A stretch of 63,110 nt of DNA, counting the filler, from Octopus bimaculoides (taxonomy: Eukaryota), in the NCBI RefSeq assembly GCF_001194135.2. It is 4 parts of 4 records of this genome, joined end to end, with 100 filler letters (N's around TTAATTAATTAA, not from the genome) between each part and the next. Parts side by side here need not be neighbours in the genome. Positions count along the whole stretch, not along the records: positions 10,707 to 36,865 come from NC_068993.1; 3 more parts are not named here. One strand, given 5' to 3'. The position numbers and the translations under genes were made by a program. Below are positions 12,811 to 27,372 of this stretch, piece after piece. The notes beneath the pieces are model-generated. The model was given only the letters and a program-made list of their open reading frames with translations. It was not told the DNA's origin and did no database searches. Within the stretch, counting starts at the first letter, position 1; each line of letters opens with the position of its first letter.

Positions 12811-13406
12811 TAATCAGGATGGAAAACACTGGAGCGTCTATACCACCACCACCACCACCGTTGCCATAATCCTCGCCGCCGCCACCATTACAAGTCAATA
12901 ATGCTCCCCAATTACTCCACCAACTCCTCCCGACCCTTCCGCACCATCCCTCCTGCCGTCACCATCATCAGCCACTCTATTACCATTTCACAAGTCACTA
13001 TTTTTCTCTCTCTCTCAAATGTTGACACCATTTATTTATTTATTTATTTATTCACAAAAGGGTGTGTTAAAAAAAAAGTCTGAGGGAGAATTACTCTGCC
13101 GATTCTTTACAAATTCTGGCAAAGCGATGCCGCAGAGCAAGAGTCGCCCACCTTACTATAAGGTCACGGGTTCCAGTATCGGCCGTGGATTGTTTGGTAC
13201 CGCGGGCTGCAACAGAAAAAAAAAGTATTAAATGTTACTTCTTGTTTCATTGACTGTTACAGTCTACCGGGTGGTTTTGCATAGTTTATATACACATATA
13301 AATATTTTAATAGTTATATACATAATTATAACAAGAGATTGGCAATAAGCCTCCCCACGTATTGGAAAAAATAGACGCCAAAAGACGCTATTACCACCTT
13401 AAAATC

Positions 13407-13618
13407 TCGTGTGTGTTTGTGTGTCTGTTTGTCCCCGCCAACATCGCTTGACAACCGATATTGATGTGTTTACGTACCCGTAAACTAGCGGTTCGGCAAA
13501 AGATACCGATGGAATAAGTACTAGGCTTATAAAGAATAAGTCTTGGGGTCGATTAGCTCGACTGCAGGCGGTGCTCCAGCATGGTGGTAGTCAAATGACT
13601 GAAACAAGTAAAAGAGTA
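13407..13618 (+). mobile_element. SINE family A, 3' half
   Basis: gtttgtcccc...cttgacaaccga...gcggttcggcaaaaga...ggcggtgctccagcatgg...gaaacaagtaaaagag. Confidence 0.8.
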
Positions 13619-13649
13619 TAACGTATATACATAATGCATATATATATAT

Positions 13650-13770
13650 TTGACTACGGCCATGCTTCAGCACCGTCTTCATGTGTTTGTTTTGTCGAAC
13701 AAATCGACCCAAGGACTTATTTTTAAGCCTAGCAACTTAGTGGTCTCTTTTGCCGAACCGCTAAGGTGCT
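13650..13770 (-). mobile_element. SINE family A, 3' fragment, inverted relative to 13407-13618
   Basis: Matches the reverse complement of the same tail. Confidence 0.75.
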
Positions 13771-13817
13771 AACGTTTCTGCCAGCTCACCGCCTTATTAT
13801 GCATAAATATAGGCGCA

Positions 13818-14127
13818 GTTATGGCCCCGTGGTGAAGAATTTGTCTTTTGCTGCAACTACGCAGTTTCGGGTTTAGACCTTCTGCGGAACACATTGGACA
13901 AGAAGTGTCTTTTACTTATGGCAACTGGCTGACCAATGATGTGCACGTGAATTTGGCTCTGTGTGTGTGTGTGTGTGTATGTGTGTTTCGGCGTGGCTTC
14001 GTGTGCGTATCTTTGTGTTTGCCCCCCCCCCTCCGTTTGACAACCGGTATTTGTTTGTTGATATCCTCGTAACTTAGCGACTCAGCCGAAAGAGACCGAT
14101 AGAATACGTATCTAACTTCAAAATACA
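13818..14127 (+). mobile_element. Degenerate SINE family A
   Basis: Decayed tRNA-like head, (TG)n, then the tail cgtttgacaaccgg...gccgaaagagaccgatagaata. Confidence 0.65.
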
Positions 14128-15899
14128 NNNNNNNNNNNNNNNNNNNNNNNNNNNNNNNNNNNNNNNNNNNNNNNNNNNNNNNNNNNNNNNNNNNNNNNNN
14201 NNNNNNNNNNNNNNNNNNNNNNNNNNNNNNNNNNNNNNNNNNNNNNNNNNNNNNNNNNNNNNNNNNNNNNNNNNNNNNNNNNNNNNNNNNNNNNNNNNNN
14301 NNNNNNNNNNNNNNNNNNNNNNNNNNNNNNNNNNNNNNNNNNNNNNNNNNNNNNNNNNNNNNNNNNNNNNNNNNNNNNNNNNNNNNNNNNNNNNNNNNNN
14401 NNNNNNNNNNNNNNNNNNNNNNNNNNNNNNNNNNNNNNNNNNNNNNNNNNNNNNNNNNNNNNNNNNNNNNNNNNNNNNNNNNNNNNNNNNNNNNNNNNNN
14501 NNNNNNNNNNNNNNNNNNNNNNNNNNNNNNNNNNNNNNNNNNNNNNNNNNNNNNNNNNNNNNNNNNNNNNNNNNNNNNNNNNNNNNNNNNNNNNNNNNNN
14601 NNNNNNNNNNNNNNNNNNNNNNNNNNNNNNNNNNNNNNNNNNNNNNNNNNNNNNNNNNNNNNNNNNNNNNNNNNNNNNNNNNNNNNNNNNNNNNNNNNNN
14701 NNNNNNNNNNNNNNNNNNNNNNNNNNNNNNNNNNNNNNNNNNNNNNNNNNNNNNNNNNNNNNNNNNNNNNNNNNNNNNNNNNNNNNNNNNNNNNNNNNNN
14801 NNNNNNNNNNNNNNNNNNNNNNNNNNNNNNNNNNNNNNNNNNNNNNNNNNNNNNNNNNNNNNNNNNNNNNNNNNNNNNNNNNNNNNNNNNNNNNNNNNNN
14901 NNNNNNNNNNNNNNNNNNNNNNNNNNNNNNNNNNNNNNNNNNNNNNNNNNNNNNNNNNNNNNNNNNNNNNNNNNNNNNNNNNNNNNNNNNNNCACACGCA
15001 CGCTATGGAGTCAGCTTGCTCTGTGTAGAACTGAAGTAGGAACAGTTTACCAAATTCCACCATTTCCATCATTGACCGCAGAATGGTCAGTTTTTTTTTT
15101 GGGGGGGGGGGAACTGCTTCTGTCACAGCAGTTGCTCTGTGTTTGAAGAAACTCACTCCATCCCCCCGAGGTATCGGTTTCAGTCGCACTGCGCGCCATC
15201 TTGTGCAAATGTCTTGCTGTAGCCCCCAGTTCAATGAATACTTTGTAAATGAATTTTGGCCGGCGGAAACTTCTCGGAAGCCTTCTGTGTGTGTGTATTT
15301 GTGCGCGCGCACGTTTCTGTTTGTGATCGTCTCCCCACACCGCTTGACAAACGGTGTTAGCTTCTCTACGTCTCCATGACTTAGCTAATCCTGTCTGACC
15401 ACCATCACATGACTGTGGCGTAAGATATATTGGATTCATGATGGATTATCGTAATCGTCACTGTCCCCATCTCTATCACACTCTTGTGGCATAAAATATG
15501 TTGGACGCACCGTTTATTATCTTCATCCCGAGTGCCTCTCTCTTCATTATGGTTTATACTTAACTTGACTGATCCCACATCACTCTCTACGCCAAAAATC
15601 ATCGTGTTTCTGAGGAATTCCAATTTTGGGTACTTCATACCGTCGCCCGTCGGCACACAGTCTTAGCACACCCGAAAAACCACCCGTTCAACGTAACAGA
15701 AGTAGACCACCATCTCCACCTGGCCGTTATTCGCGGAAGTACGGTTTTTGTTGTTGCAACCAACTCGAACCCTCATCAGCCGCGTAACTGGTCAACACTT
15801 TGTCCCTCAGTGAGGCTGACGCGGCAGTAACCCCACCGAACATGTCCTTAGCATTCTGAGCAGCAGCAACAACAACAAAATTACGCACGCGCGCGCTAT

Positions 15900-16075
15900 A
15901 CTATGCATAACGATGGGATTCTTTCAATTTCCATCTCCCAAATCCGCACACAAGGCTTTGGTCGGCTTGGGGCTATGGGGGAAGACACTTGTCCAAAGTG
16001 CCACGCAATTAGGACTGAATCCGGTACCCTGTGGTTGGGAAGCAAGCTTCTTACCACACAGCCACACACGTACCT
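15900..16075 (-). mobile_element. SINE family A, 5' half
   Basis: cacaaggctttggtcggc...gaagacacttgtccaaagtgccacgc...ggactgaatccgg. Confidence 0.8.
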
Positions 16076-17660
16076 TTACATTAAGTGACTTCACCCCCCT
16101 CTTTTTCGTGGAAACAACGCTACACCATCACTATTACTTCCACCACTACCACCACCACCACCACCATGACCCCGTCCTGCCCTTCTTAACCTTAAAACCA
16201 TTACACCAGCAGCAGCAGCAGCAGCACCGCGAGCTAACGAACAAGCCTCTGCCTGTTAGGTTGACCTGCTAGAAAGAATGACCAAATTCTGTCAAAACCA
16301 CCTCCTACCATCTTTAACAGTAAAACAGGTCACATTGCAGAGATGGGTCGAAAAGCAACATGACTCTATAATGAGAGAGAGAGAGAGAAAAAGAAAGAAA
16401 AAAAGATAAAAGAAGGAAAATAAAGATGGGATTGTCACGGTGGGACTTGCCTTTGATCATGTGTGTCCTATTGAGCGAGGTTTTACAACGGCAACAGTGT
16501 TAATAATCGTAATAGGAGCGTCACCAGAAGAAGCCTGGAGCGACTTTTTAACCACCACCTCCACCAGCACCACCGTTTCCGCCGCCGCCGTCACCGCCAC
16601 CGGCAATATCGCCAACACCACCGTCGCCGTCAACGTATAAACCAGCACCGTCTCCATCACCGCCAGCACTTGCACGACGACGAGCGCCACCACCACCACC
16701 ATCATTTATCAACACCATCACTGCCAATTGTCACACGGTTGAAATTGTGTGTGCTTATATGTATGTATGTATGTATGCGTATGCGTACACACTTAATATA
16801 TATAAATTAAAATAATTCATAAACATACATATATATTTATATACACATGTATGTGTGTATATATTATATATTCTACCACCACCACTACTACTACTGCGTC
16901 AGTTAACCGCAGTTATTTATGTAGTTCTGACATCACCAGAAATGTGTTTGCATGTGTTCGTGTATGTGTGTGTACGTATGTGTGTGTGTGTATGTGTGTG
17001 TGTGTGTGTGTGTGCTTGCTTCCCGGTACGTGTGTGTGTGTGTGTGTGTGTGCCTTTGTGTATGTGAAGACATGCATGGGAAAATGACTCTCTTGCATTT
17101 GACCTATGTGAAGAAATATGCATCTGTGACACACACACACACATACGTATACACATACGCTTGCACGCACGTACACGCACGTACACGCACACACACTGAC
17201 ACGCTCGCGCACGTACGCACGCACACAAACAGCGTAAGTCTTATTACATTCCCTTCCCTCTTTTTTTTCTCTCGCTCGGCTGAGTGAGTGAGTGAGGAAG
17301 GGAGAAGGAAGGTGAGAGACAGTGTGATAAGAATAGGAGAGAGGGGAAGAGAGAGAGAGAGTGGTATATATAAGGGAATGATTATAGAAAGGAGAAGACG
17401 GAAGGGGAGGCGTTGAGAGAGATAGAGTAGGAGGGAGACAGAAAGGGTATAAAGGGAATGAGTGTTGAGAAAGGCGTTGATAAAGAGGGACAGTGAGAGA
17501 CAAAGAGAGAGAGCGACAGATAATGAGAAAGGGGGAAACGAGAGAGGGAGTGTATGTTATAAACCAGTTGAGTTATATTTTTGTTTTTGTTTTTTATTTT
17601 TCGCAAACCGAAGACTCACCCTTACTCACATCGCGTGTGTGTGTATTTGTGTGCGTATGT

Positions 17661-17694
<34 letters not shown>

Positions 17695-17799
17695 TGTTAC
17701 GTAATATATAATATGAACACACTTGCATCATATGTGTATGCGTGCGTGTATTTATGTATGTGTGCCTGTGCATACATACACATAACATATATATGGATA

Positions 17800-17834
<35 letters not shown>

Positions 17835-18023
17835 GGGTATATACATACTATGTATTCCATATTAATATTTTTTTCTGTACAAATAGATTTATAAATCATA
17901 AAGGCTCTGCATGTGTTGGTGTTTGCATTATAGTATATATATATATATATATATATAAACGTATATATAATTTCATCTGGGTATTGCTCGTTCCATTTTT
18001 CTCGTTTATAATATATAGTATGA

Positions 18024-18069
<46 letters not shown>

Positions 18070-18179
18070 AACAATATATGAGTATATGCATATATATGTA
18101 CATGTATGTACATACCTTCATCTACATGTACATATCTGGGTACATGACGTCGCAAAAAAAAAAACCAGACAAAAGGATA

Positions 18180-18222
<43 letters not shown>

Positions 18223-18689
18223 GACTCTCGCACGCACGAATACCTACGAACATGCATGATACAGAAAAATTTCATAAACCTTCATAACATTTTTTCTATT
18301 TTCCATATAGAATACGGACATATATGCGATTGCACGCCAATGCACACACACACACACACACACACATTCTCTCTCTCTGTCTCTCACTCACACACATACA
18401 GTCTCTCTTTTTCCTCTCTCTCTCTCTCTCTCACACATACACACTTACTATATATATACCTTTGCAATATCGAGATGATGTCCCAAACGCACATCATATT
18501 TTCGTTTTATCACAGGTCAACTCACATCTACGTAGCTGTATTTTACCTTTTTACTCCCCATTTTCCCCTTTTCTGTAATCTTAGTGCCGTTGGCATGGAC
18601 ACAGGTCCAAGATGGCAAAATTGGTGGTTTGTCAAACAAAAAACAACCATAACGTGTTCTGAATTGGAATACATCCTCTTGGTTAGATG

Positions 18690-19440
18690 ATAAAGCTATG
18701 TTTCTTACGTCATAAAGCTACGTGGCTACATGGTTTCCCTTCATCTAGTTACAAAAAGCTACATGGTTGCGCTATGCAATTACAAATTGCTGGGTCATGT
18801 AGCTACATGGTTGTCGAGGCATTACGCTATATGGTTCCTGGGTCATACATTCAGTTCCATGGTTGTGAAAGACCTCTTGCATGGTGGTGGTGGGAGTATT
18901 CAAGTACTTGAAGAAAGAACTGTATGGCTGTTGGACGAGTAAATTACTGATTAAGTTACATGTTTGTTGGGACATAATCCTACATGTTTTCTGAGTGAGA
19001 TTACTACATGTATGTTGAGTCATAGTCTTCGTTGTCACTGACTCACAAATCTACATGTGCACTGGGTCACAAAGCGGTAGGGTTGTTAGGTGACACAGCC
19101 ACGTGGACGTTGACTCATAAACCTAAATGGTTGTCGACTGATAAAACTACATGACTGTCATCAAGCTCCATGGTTGTTAAGTCATAAAGCCACATGGTTG
19201 TGAGATATCACAGCTACGTAGATGTGAGTCATAATGCTGCATGGTGGCTAGGTGATAAAGCTACATGGTTGACAAGTTGGTCGTTGAGTCATAAAACTAC
19301 ATGGTAGCTCGGTTATATAGTCCCGTGCATAAAACTACATGTTTGTCGAGTCATATAACCCCGTGGTTGTTGAACCACAAAGGCCCATGATTCTTAAACG
19401 ATGAACCAACATGTTTGTTGGATCATAAAGCCATATGGTC
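18690..19440 (+). repeat. Degenerate 24-bp minisatellite, approximate consensus CATAAAGCTACATGGTTGTTGAGT
   Basis: Variants such as cataaagctac, ctacatggttg and gagtcataa recur at roughly 24-bp spacing, about 30 units by eye. Confidence 0.75.
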
Positions 19441-19599
19441 AGGTGTGACTGAGTGTCTGTTACGTGCAAAGCACAAACGATTGGTTTTCAACATCATAGC
19501 TATATTTGAACATCCATAAACTCGCTGGCTCCTCTGCTTCATTCTATTTACTGATCGGAGGGTGTTTGGGCAGGAATAGAGGTTATAGCGGTGATTGGC

Positions 19600-19774
19600 A
19601 TACTCTCTTTTACTCTTTTACTTTTTAGTCGAGCTAATCGACCCCAGGATCTATTCTTTGGAAGCCTAGTACTTATTCTATCAGTCTGTTTTGCCGAACG
19701 GCTAAGTTACGGGGACGTAAACACACCACCATCGGTTGTCAAGCGATGCTGGGGGGACAAACATAGACACACAA

Positions 19775-19815
<41 letters not shown>

Positions 19816-19974
19816 CATATATATATACATATATACGACGAGCTTCTTTCAGTTTCCGTCTACCAAATCCACTCACAAGGCTTTGGTCGGACCGAGGCTA
19901 TAGTAGAAGACACTTGCCCAAGGTGCCACGCAGTAGGACTGAACCCAGAACCATATTGTTGGTAAGCAAGCTAC
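19600..19974 (-). mobile_element. SINE family A, near full length, 5' end in a gap
   Basis: Tail, (CA)n and head core are in order on the - strand. Confidence 0.85.
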
Positions 19975-20843
19975 NNNNNNNNNNNNNNNNNNNNNNNNNN
20001 NNNNNNNNNNNNNNNNNNNNNNNNNNNNNNNNNNNNNNNNNNNNNNNNNNNNNNNNNNNNNNNNNNNNNNNNNNNNNNNNNNNNNNNNNNNNNNNNNNNN
20101 NNNNNNNNNNNNNNNNNNNNNNNNNNNNNNNNNNNNNNNNNNNNNNNNNNNNNNNNNNNNNNNNNNNNNNNNNNNNNNNNNNNNNNNNNNNNNNNNNNNN
20201 NNNNNNNNNNNNNNNNNNNNNNNNNNNNNNNNNNNNNNNNNNNNNNNNNNNNNNNNNNNNNNNNNNNNNNNNNNNNNNNNNNNNNNNNNNNNNNNNNNNN
20301 NNNNNNNNNNNNNNNNNNNNNNNNNNNNNNNNNNNNNNNNNNNNNNNNNNNNNNNNNNNNNNNNNNNNNNNNNNNNNNNNNNNNNNNNNNNNNNNNNNNN
20401 NNNNNNNNNNNNNNNNNNNNNNNNNNNNNNNNNNNNNNNNNNNNNNNNNNNNNNNNNNNNNNNNNNNNNNNNNNNNNNNNNNNNNNNNNNNNNNNNNNNN
20501 NNNNNNNNNNNNNNNNNNNNNNNNNNNNNNNNNNNNNNNNNNNNNNNNNNNNNNNNNNNNNNNNNNNNNNNNNNNNNNNNNNNNNNNNNNNNNNNNNNNN
20601 NNNNNNNNNNNNNNNNNNNNNNNNNNNNNNNNNNNNNNNNNNNNNNNNNNNNNNNNNNNNNNNNNNNNNNNNNNNNNNNNNNNNNNNNNNNNNNNNNNNN
20701 NNNNNNNNNNNNNNNNNNNNNNNNNNNNNNNNNNNNNNNNNNNNNNNNNNNNNNNNNNNNNNNNNNNNNNNACACACACACTTCCTTCCTACAAGCCTGT
20801 CTCTACTCAACAGTTCGCCAAGCTTTGCTAACCTAGTTCTCCC

Positions 20844-20904
<61 letters not shown>

Positions 20905-20960
20905 TCTTTCTCCTCTTCTCTCCCACTCTCTCTCCCTTTCTTCTTGCTGTCTTTCTCTTA

Positions 20961-20993
<33 letters not shown>

Positions 20994-21086
20994 ATCCTTA
21001 TCTATCTATCTAACAAGCTTTGCGAAATATATATACACACACACACACACAATATACGTGATATATTTATATATACACACACACAA

Positions 21087-21125
<39 letters not shown>

Positions 21126-21359
21126 GCACAATATATGTATATACATACATACACACAATATATGCATATGTATATATACACAATATATGTACATATATAT
21201 ATACACAATATATGTATATGCACACACAATATATGTATATAAATAGTTGTGCGTCTTCGCGCATGCACACACATACGCGCACACACTTTTGCAAACACTT
21301 ACACACAATCACAAACACACACACACACACACACATAGATATCTATATCTATCTATCTA

Positions 21360-21416
<57 letters not shown>

Positions 21417-22167
21417 CATTTCCTCATAATATCTACATGTATTTTATTTACAAATTTATTTTCCACACACGCACACACATATGAGTGTATGTCTATCTTG
21501 GTATTAGTAATTCGTGTGTGCTGGAATTATAAACAGTTTTCTTAGAGGAGGAGAGATAAGAAAGAAAGAAAGATAAAAGAAAGATAAAAGAAGCATTCCT
21601 CCCACCCTTTCTTTGAATCCTGTTATACCCTCCTTGCTTTCTCCCCTTCCTCTTGCTACCTCTCTTTTCCTGCCTCCCCCATTTCTCTCTCTCTATCTAT
21701 TTCTCTCCACCTGCCTCCTCTATCTCCCATTCCTCCCTCGCTCTCTCTCTCTCCCTCTGTCCTGTGCTTTTGTCTCTCAATACTTTTCCCTTCCTCCCTT
21801 TCTGTCTATGTCTCTCTCTGCTTCCCTTTCTCTCTCTCGCTCTCTGTATCTCTTCCCCTCCCTCTTCTAAACATCTTCCTATCACATTGTCATAACTTCG
21901 TGAAAAGTTTTCTTTTAGACACACACACACACACACACACACACATACTCTTAGACACACACACTTTGTAACACCTATGAATACACACACACTTACACAT
22001 GCGCACGTACACACATCTATACGAACGCATACGCGGACTCTCACACACACACACGCACACTTGTAAGCACAGGTGCACGCATATACACACATACATGTAA
22101 ACACTCGTACGTACACATCAAGTTTGTATTAATGTGTAGTCACGTATGCTCTTACCTTTAACCACAG

Positions 22168-22203
<36 letters not shown>

Positions 22204-23049
22204 NNNNNNNNNNNNNNNNNNNNNNNNNNNNNNNNNNNNNNNNNNNNNNNNNNNNNNNNNNNNNNNNNNNNNNNNNNNNNNNNNNNNNNNNNNNNNNNNN
22301 NNNNNNNNNNNNNNNNNNNNNNNNNNNNNNNNNNNNNNNNNNNNNNNNNNNNNNNNNNNNNNNNNNNNNNNNNNNNNNNNNNNNNNNNNNNNNNNNNNNN
22401 NNNNNNNNNNNNNNNNNNNNNNNNNNNNNNNNNNNNNNNNNNNNNNNNNNNNNNNNNNNNNNNNNNNNNNNNNNNNNNNNNNNNNNNNNNNNNNNNNNNN
22501 NNNNNNNNNNNNNNNNNNNNNNNNNNNNNNNNNNNNNNNNNNNNNNNNNNNNNNNNNNNNNNNNNNNNNNNNNNNNNNNNNNNNNNNNNNNNNNNNNNNN
22601 NNNNNNNNNNNNNNNNNNNNNNNNNNNNNNNNNNNNNNNNNNNNNNNNNNNNNNNNNNNNNNNNNNNNNNNNNNNNNNNNNNNNNNNNNNNNNNNNNNNN
22701 NNNNNNNNNNNNNNNNNNNNNNNNNNNNNNNNNNNNNNNNNNNNNNNNNNNNNNNNNNNNNNNNNNNNNNNNNNNNNNNNNNNNNNNNNNNNNNNNNNNN
22801 NNNNNNNNNNNNNNNNNNNNNNNNNNNNNNNNNNNNNNNNNNNNNNNNNNNNNNNNNNNNNNNNNNNNNNNNNNNNNNNNNNNNNNNNNNNNNNNNNNNN
22901 NNNNNNNNNNNNNNNNNNNNNNNNNNNNNNNNNNCGAGGGGATTGGAAGACGGTAGTGAAGAGGAGAGAAGAGTAAAAGAGAGCGGATGAATGTGTGGGC
23001 GAGATGGAGATAGATAGATAAATAAGGCGAGAGAGAGCGAAAGACGGAG

Positions 23050-23089
<40 letters not shown>

Positions 23090-25944
23090 CAAAGGCGAGA
23101 GTTAGTGAAGATGTGTGTAGGAAAGTGGGGGAACGAAAGAGAGAGAGAGAGAGAGAGAAGAAAGAGAGGGTGTGGAACGTATATGAAGAAAATGCAAAGA
23201 GCGAAAATGGAGAAAGAGAGAGCCAGAACGAAAGGTAGAGGCGGAGAGAGAGAATTAGAATGGGAGGTGAGAGAGACATAGGTCACCGCTGCTTAAACCA
23301 CAGTCTATAGATGAAAGATATCCCTGCCATGACCATCCTGTCGTAATCGACATATGAGTGTGTCTTGGACTCTACACACTATGCAGTTTTTCTTTTGAAG
23401 ACGGCTGGGTGAGAGATGAGGGAGAATTGACTGCTATCTCTATGGGAGATGTCGAGAGACCACATGAAGTCCACCATCGCTGGTTCGAAACGAGAGAGAG
23501 ATAGGGGGGAGGGGCTTCCCTTCATGGGTGTCGATATTATCAGGAAGTAGAAAGATGGCGATTATAAGCAGATCTTTCTTCAATAAAAGTATTATTGATC
23601 TATCGATATCTACAATCAGCACATTGACAAGAGAACATAATTACATGATGGCGATGATGATAATCATTTTTTACTATAAGCACGAGGCCTAAAATTTTAG
23701 GGAAGAGGACTTGTCAGTTACCGTGCTTTCGGTGCTCAACTGGACTTCAAGGGCCAATCGAGCAACCCTACCATGCAGCATAACCCTGAACACCAGGGAT
23801 AAAAAGCCTCTCCGATTTTGCTGTTTAATTTACAGACTTGTACTTAAAGGGGTGCTAGCCATTCTTGCCATTTTCGCTATTTTCACCCACCTTTCAATAA
23901 ATCCACCCGAGGACAGGGCCATTCCTCCACTGTCATCTTTGTTTTCAAGTAAAGTTTGAAAAAATTGACCAGCGTTGTCCAGATCCAGTACCCTCATAAT
24001 GAGTACTTGCACGGGTCTAGGGGTCCAATTTATGATCTGTGCAAATTAATATACCAACCCGTATGGTGTTAATTTCCTGACAGCAAGCCACTGTCCACAC
24101 ACAAGTTTGTATTGCTGCTAAGAGGGCACTGTCCGTCTCGTCTCTTTCGTCATAACCACCATACAAAACAAAGCTGCCTCATGTGCTTGGTTAAATGAGG
24201 GCCGAGTGGCAGTAATTATTATGGAGTCGGTTGACAACCGGATTCGTCCCATGCGTGACAGCAAATGTTTAGCATAACTCCACAAGCTAGCAATACCCGG
24301 ACACTGAGCGAATATGTGTGCAGGACAACTAAAATCATAGAAGAATGTGTAATTATTTTTCCTTCCGCATGGTGTTGGACAAATTATAAAACCATGTTAA
24401 TTACACATAAGCAAATAACAATAACAAGCAAATAAAAAGATTAAGTTGACGTGCAACGAAGAGGAAAACAAAAGATGTTTAAGTAAAAATTATAATGTTT
24501 CGAACACGTTTTTTTTTTGTCGGATGCGTTATGAAAGTGCAGGAGAGATTAGGAAGACGAAAATAAAGGAAAAGGTGAACCAGGAATTAAACGCACATAT
24601 GTTAGGGCCACATGTTCGATCTCTGCTTGACCAGAAATGTTGGAGGTAATTATAGTTTTAATGAAGAGAGAGTGTCACAGGAATGCCAATTGGCTGTAAG
24701 AGTACGTGTGTATGTAGTGCATTTCTATATGTATTTATTTAAGCTTGGTTTTGATTTCGTTAACAGAGTTAATTGTATTATCTTTATTAAACACGGCAGT
24801 TTTGTTTTTGTCCTTTTTCCAATCAGTCAATCAAGTCAATTAATACATCCGCACCTTCTTTTTTTGTGAGACCCTGCATTAGTCTCTTAAATAAGGAAGA
24901 ATAAATACATTAGCCACACTGCCTGAAAAGGAGAGGCAGAAGGGCCTGTAAAAGACATGGCGGATTTCGGGCTCACGTGCGTAATACGCGCCAAAGCATC
25001 TTCACCCCCACCTTTTTGGGTACGCTAATGTCAAAGAGGTGAAGATTGGGATACTCTACGTTTTGGACGGCCTTGGGCGTATCACTTGTTCCTCCTAAAC
25101 ACCCATGTTCATCACTGGGGACGGTCACGGATAGATTGTCATTGAGGATAAGATCTGCTCGATAGGGATTCCCTTGGGGACGCTAAACAACATCCAAAGC
25201 CAAAGAAAATAAAATTGATATACCCCCCACCCACCCTGACCCCATTTCATCCAGATTCTCCTCTGACCTTTATAAAAGCTTTCCACTATTTANNNNNNNN
25301 NNNNNNNNNNNNNNNNNNNNNNNNNNNNNNNNNNNNNNNNNNNNNNNNNNNNNNNNNNNNNNNNNNNNNNNNNNNNNNNNNNNNNNNNNNNNNNNNNNNN
25401 NNNNNNNNNNNNNNNNNNNNNNNNNNNNNNNNNNNNNNNNNNNNNNNNNNNNNNNNNNNNNNNNNNNNNNNNNNNNNNNNNNNNNNNNNNNNNNNNNNNN
25501 NNNNNNNNNNNNNNNNNNNNNNNNNNNNNNNNNNNNNNNNNNNNNNNNNNNNNNNNNNNNNNNNNNNNNNNNNNNNNNNNNNNNNNNNNNNNNNNNNNNN
25601 NNNNNNNNNNNNNNNNNNNNNNNNNNNNNNNNNNNNNNNNNNNNNNNNNNNNNNNNNNNNNNNNNNNNNNNNNNNNNNNNNNNNNNNNNNNNNNNNNNNN
25701 NNNNNNNNNNNNNNNNNNNNNNNNNNNNNNNNNNNNNNNNNNNNNNNNNNNNNNNNNNNNNNNNNNNNNNNNNNNNNNNNNNNNNNNNNNNNNNNNNNNN
25801 NNNNNNNNNNNNNNNNNNNNNNNNNNNNNNNNNNNNNNNNNNNNNNNNNNNNNNNNNNNNNNNNNNNNNNNNNNNNNNNNNNNNNNNNNNNNNNNNNNNN
25901 NNNNNNNNNNNNNNNNNNNNNNNNNNNNNNNNNNNNNNNNNNNN

Positions 25945-26262
25945 CAGACCGGGCGTTGTGAGTGTTTATTGAGCGAAAAACACCTAAAGCTCCACGAGGC
26001 TCCGGCAGGGGATGGTGGCGAACCCTGCTGTACCCTTTCACCACAACTTTCCCTCACTCTTTCTTCCTGTTTCTGTTGTGCCTGTAATTCAAAGGGTCAG
26101 CCTTGTCACACTGTGTCACGCTGAATATCCCCGAGAACTACGTTAAGGGTACACGTGTCTGTGGAGTGCTCAGCCACTTGCACGTTAATTTCACGAGCAG
26201 GCTGTTCCGTTGATCGGATCAACAGGAACCCTCGACGTCGTAAGCGACGGAGTGCCAACAAC
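25945..26262 (+). mobile_element. SINE family B (5' end in a gap)
   Basis: cagaccgggcgttgtgagtgtttattgagcgaaaa...gacggagtgccaac, near-identical to 34803-35135. Confidence 0.85.
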
Positions 26263-27151
26263 TCGTTACAGGAACCCATATTTCTGCAAGACTATCAGGA
26301 ACGTAACGCTTCCGCAAGAATTCGATGACTGTACTCAATAATACAAAAACACTATATACAGTTGACCCCTCGGTTTATACGTCTGGTTGGTTGTGCGCTT
26401 TGCCGTACTAATCAGAATTGTGTAAAACGAAGGAAAATTTTTTTTAATGATATAATTAATTAATTAATTAATCAATCAATCAGAAAGCAAATAACAGGAT
26501 GATCTCTATCTATCTCCATCTATATCTATCTATCTGTCTGTCTGTCTGTCTGTCAATCAGTCCATGTCTGTTTGTCAATATCTATCATAAACGTATATTT
26601 CAGAACATAACAGCCACACTCACACGCACACACATACAAACTCATATACACATACACACGCAGACACGACACTGTATATATGTGTGTATGTGCCTATGTG
26701 ACAGCCTTATCTGAGATGCAATCACTATAAAAACATACGCAAACAACACGACACATACACACACAGCATGTATATATACAAACAACAAAAATACATATAC
26801 ACGGCGTATCTGGGTAACAGAATTCGTACATAGCCGCTGGTGTGTGTGTGTGTGTGTGTACAACATGGGTGGATTTGCCGTACCCTACCTTAAATGTTTG
26901 ACATCCAAACCAAGATTACATTTCAGATTAAACCTGTAACATGTATGTAGACAGACGTATATATAAATTTGATTGTATGCATGTGTGTACGAATGTATGA
27001 AGTTTAGTTTGCGTATTGTGTACGATTTTATGAAGAGTGTTTTTTTTATCACAAATATACTAAAACTTTACATGTGGGGAATTGGTACATGGAACCACAC
27101 AGGCATATACACCTACATGCACTTACATTCTCTTATTCAGATATTCGCCAT

Positions 27152-27249
<98 letters not shown>

Positions 27250-27335
27250 NNNNNNNNNNNNNNNNNNNNNNNNNNNNNNNNNNNNNNNNNNNNNNNNNNN
27301 NNNNNNNNNNNNNNNNNNNNNNNNNNNNNNNNNNN

Positions 27336-27372
<37 letters not shown>

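Noticed and set aside
15405-15656. 83-aa complex-looking ORF on - (and a 60-aa ORF on +)
   Set aside because: No recognisable domain or convincing splice pair. It is unresolved, and a blastx search would settle it.
15730-15835. CTGATGA with flanking pairing on the - strand, and nested hairpins on +
   Set aside because: The GAAA half of the hammerhead core is missing (GTACTT instead), so it does not support a ribozyme call.
18690-19440. CRISPR-like reading of the 24-bp or 72-bp repeat arrays
   Set aside because: The units are contiguous and degenerate with no unique spacers, there are no cas genes, and the context is eukaryotic.
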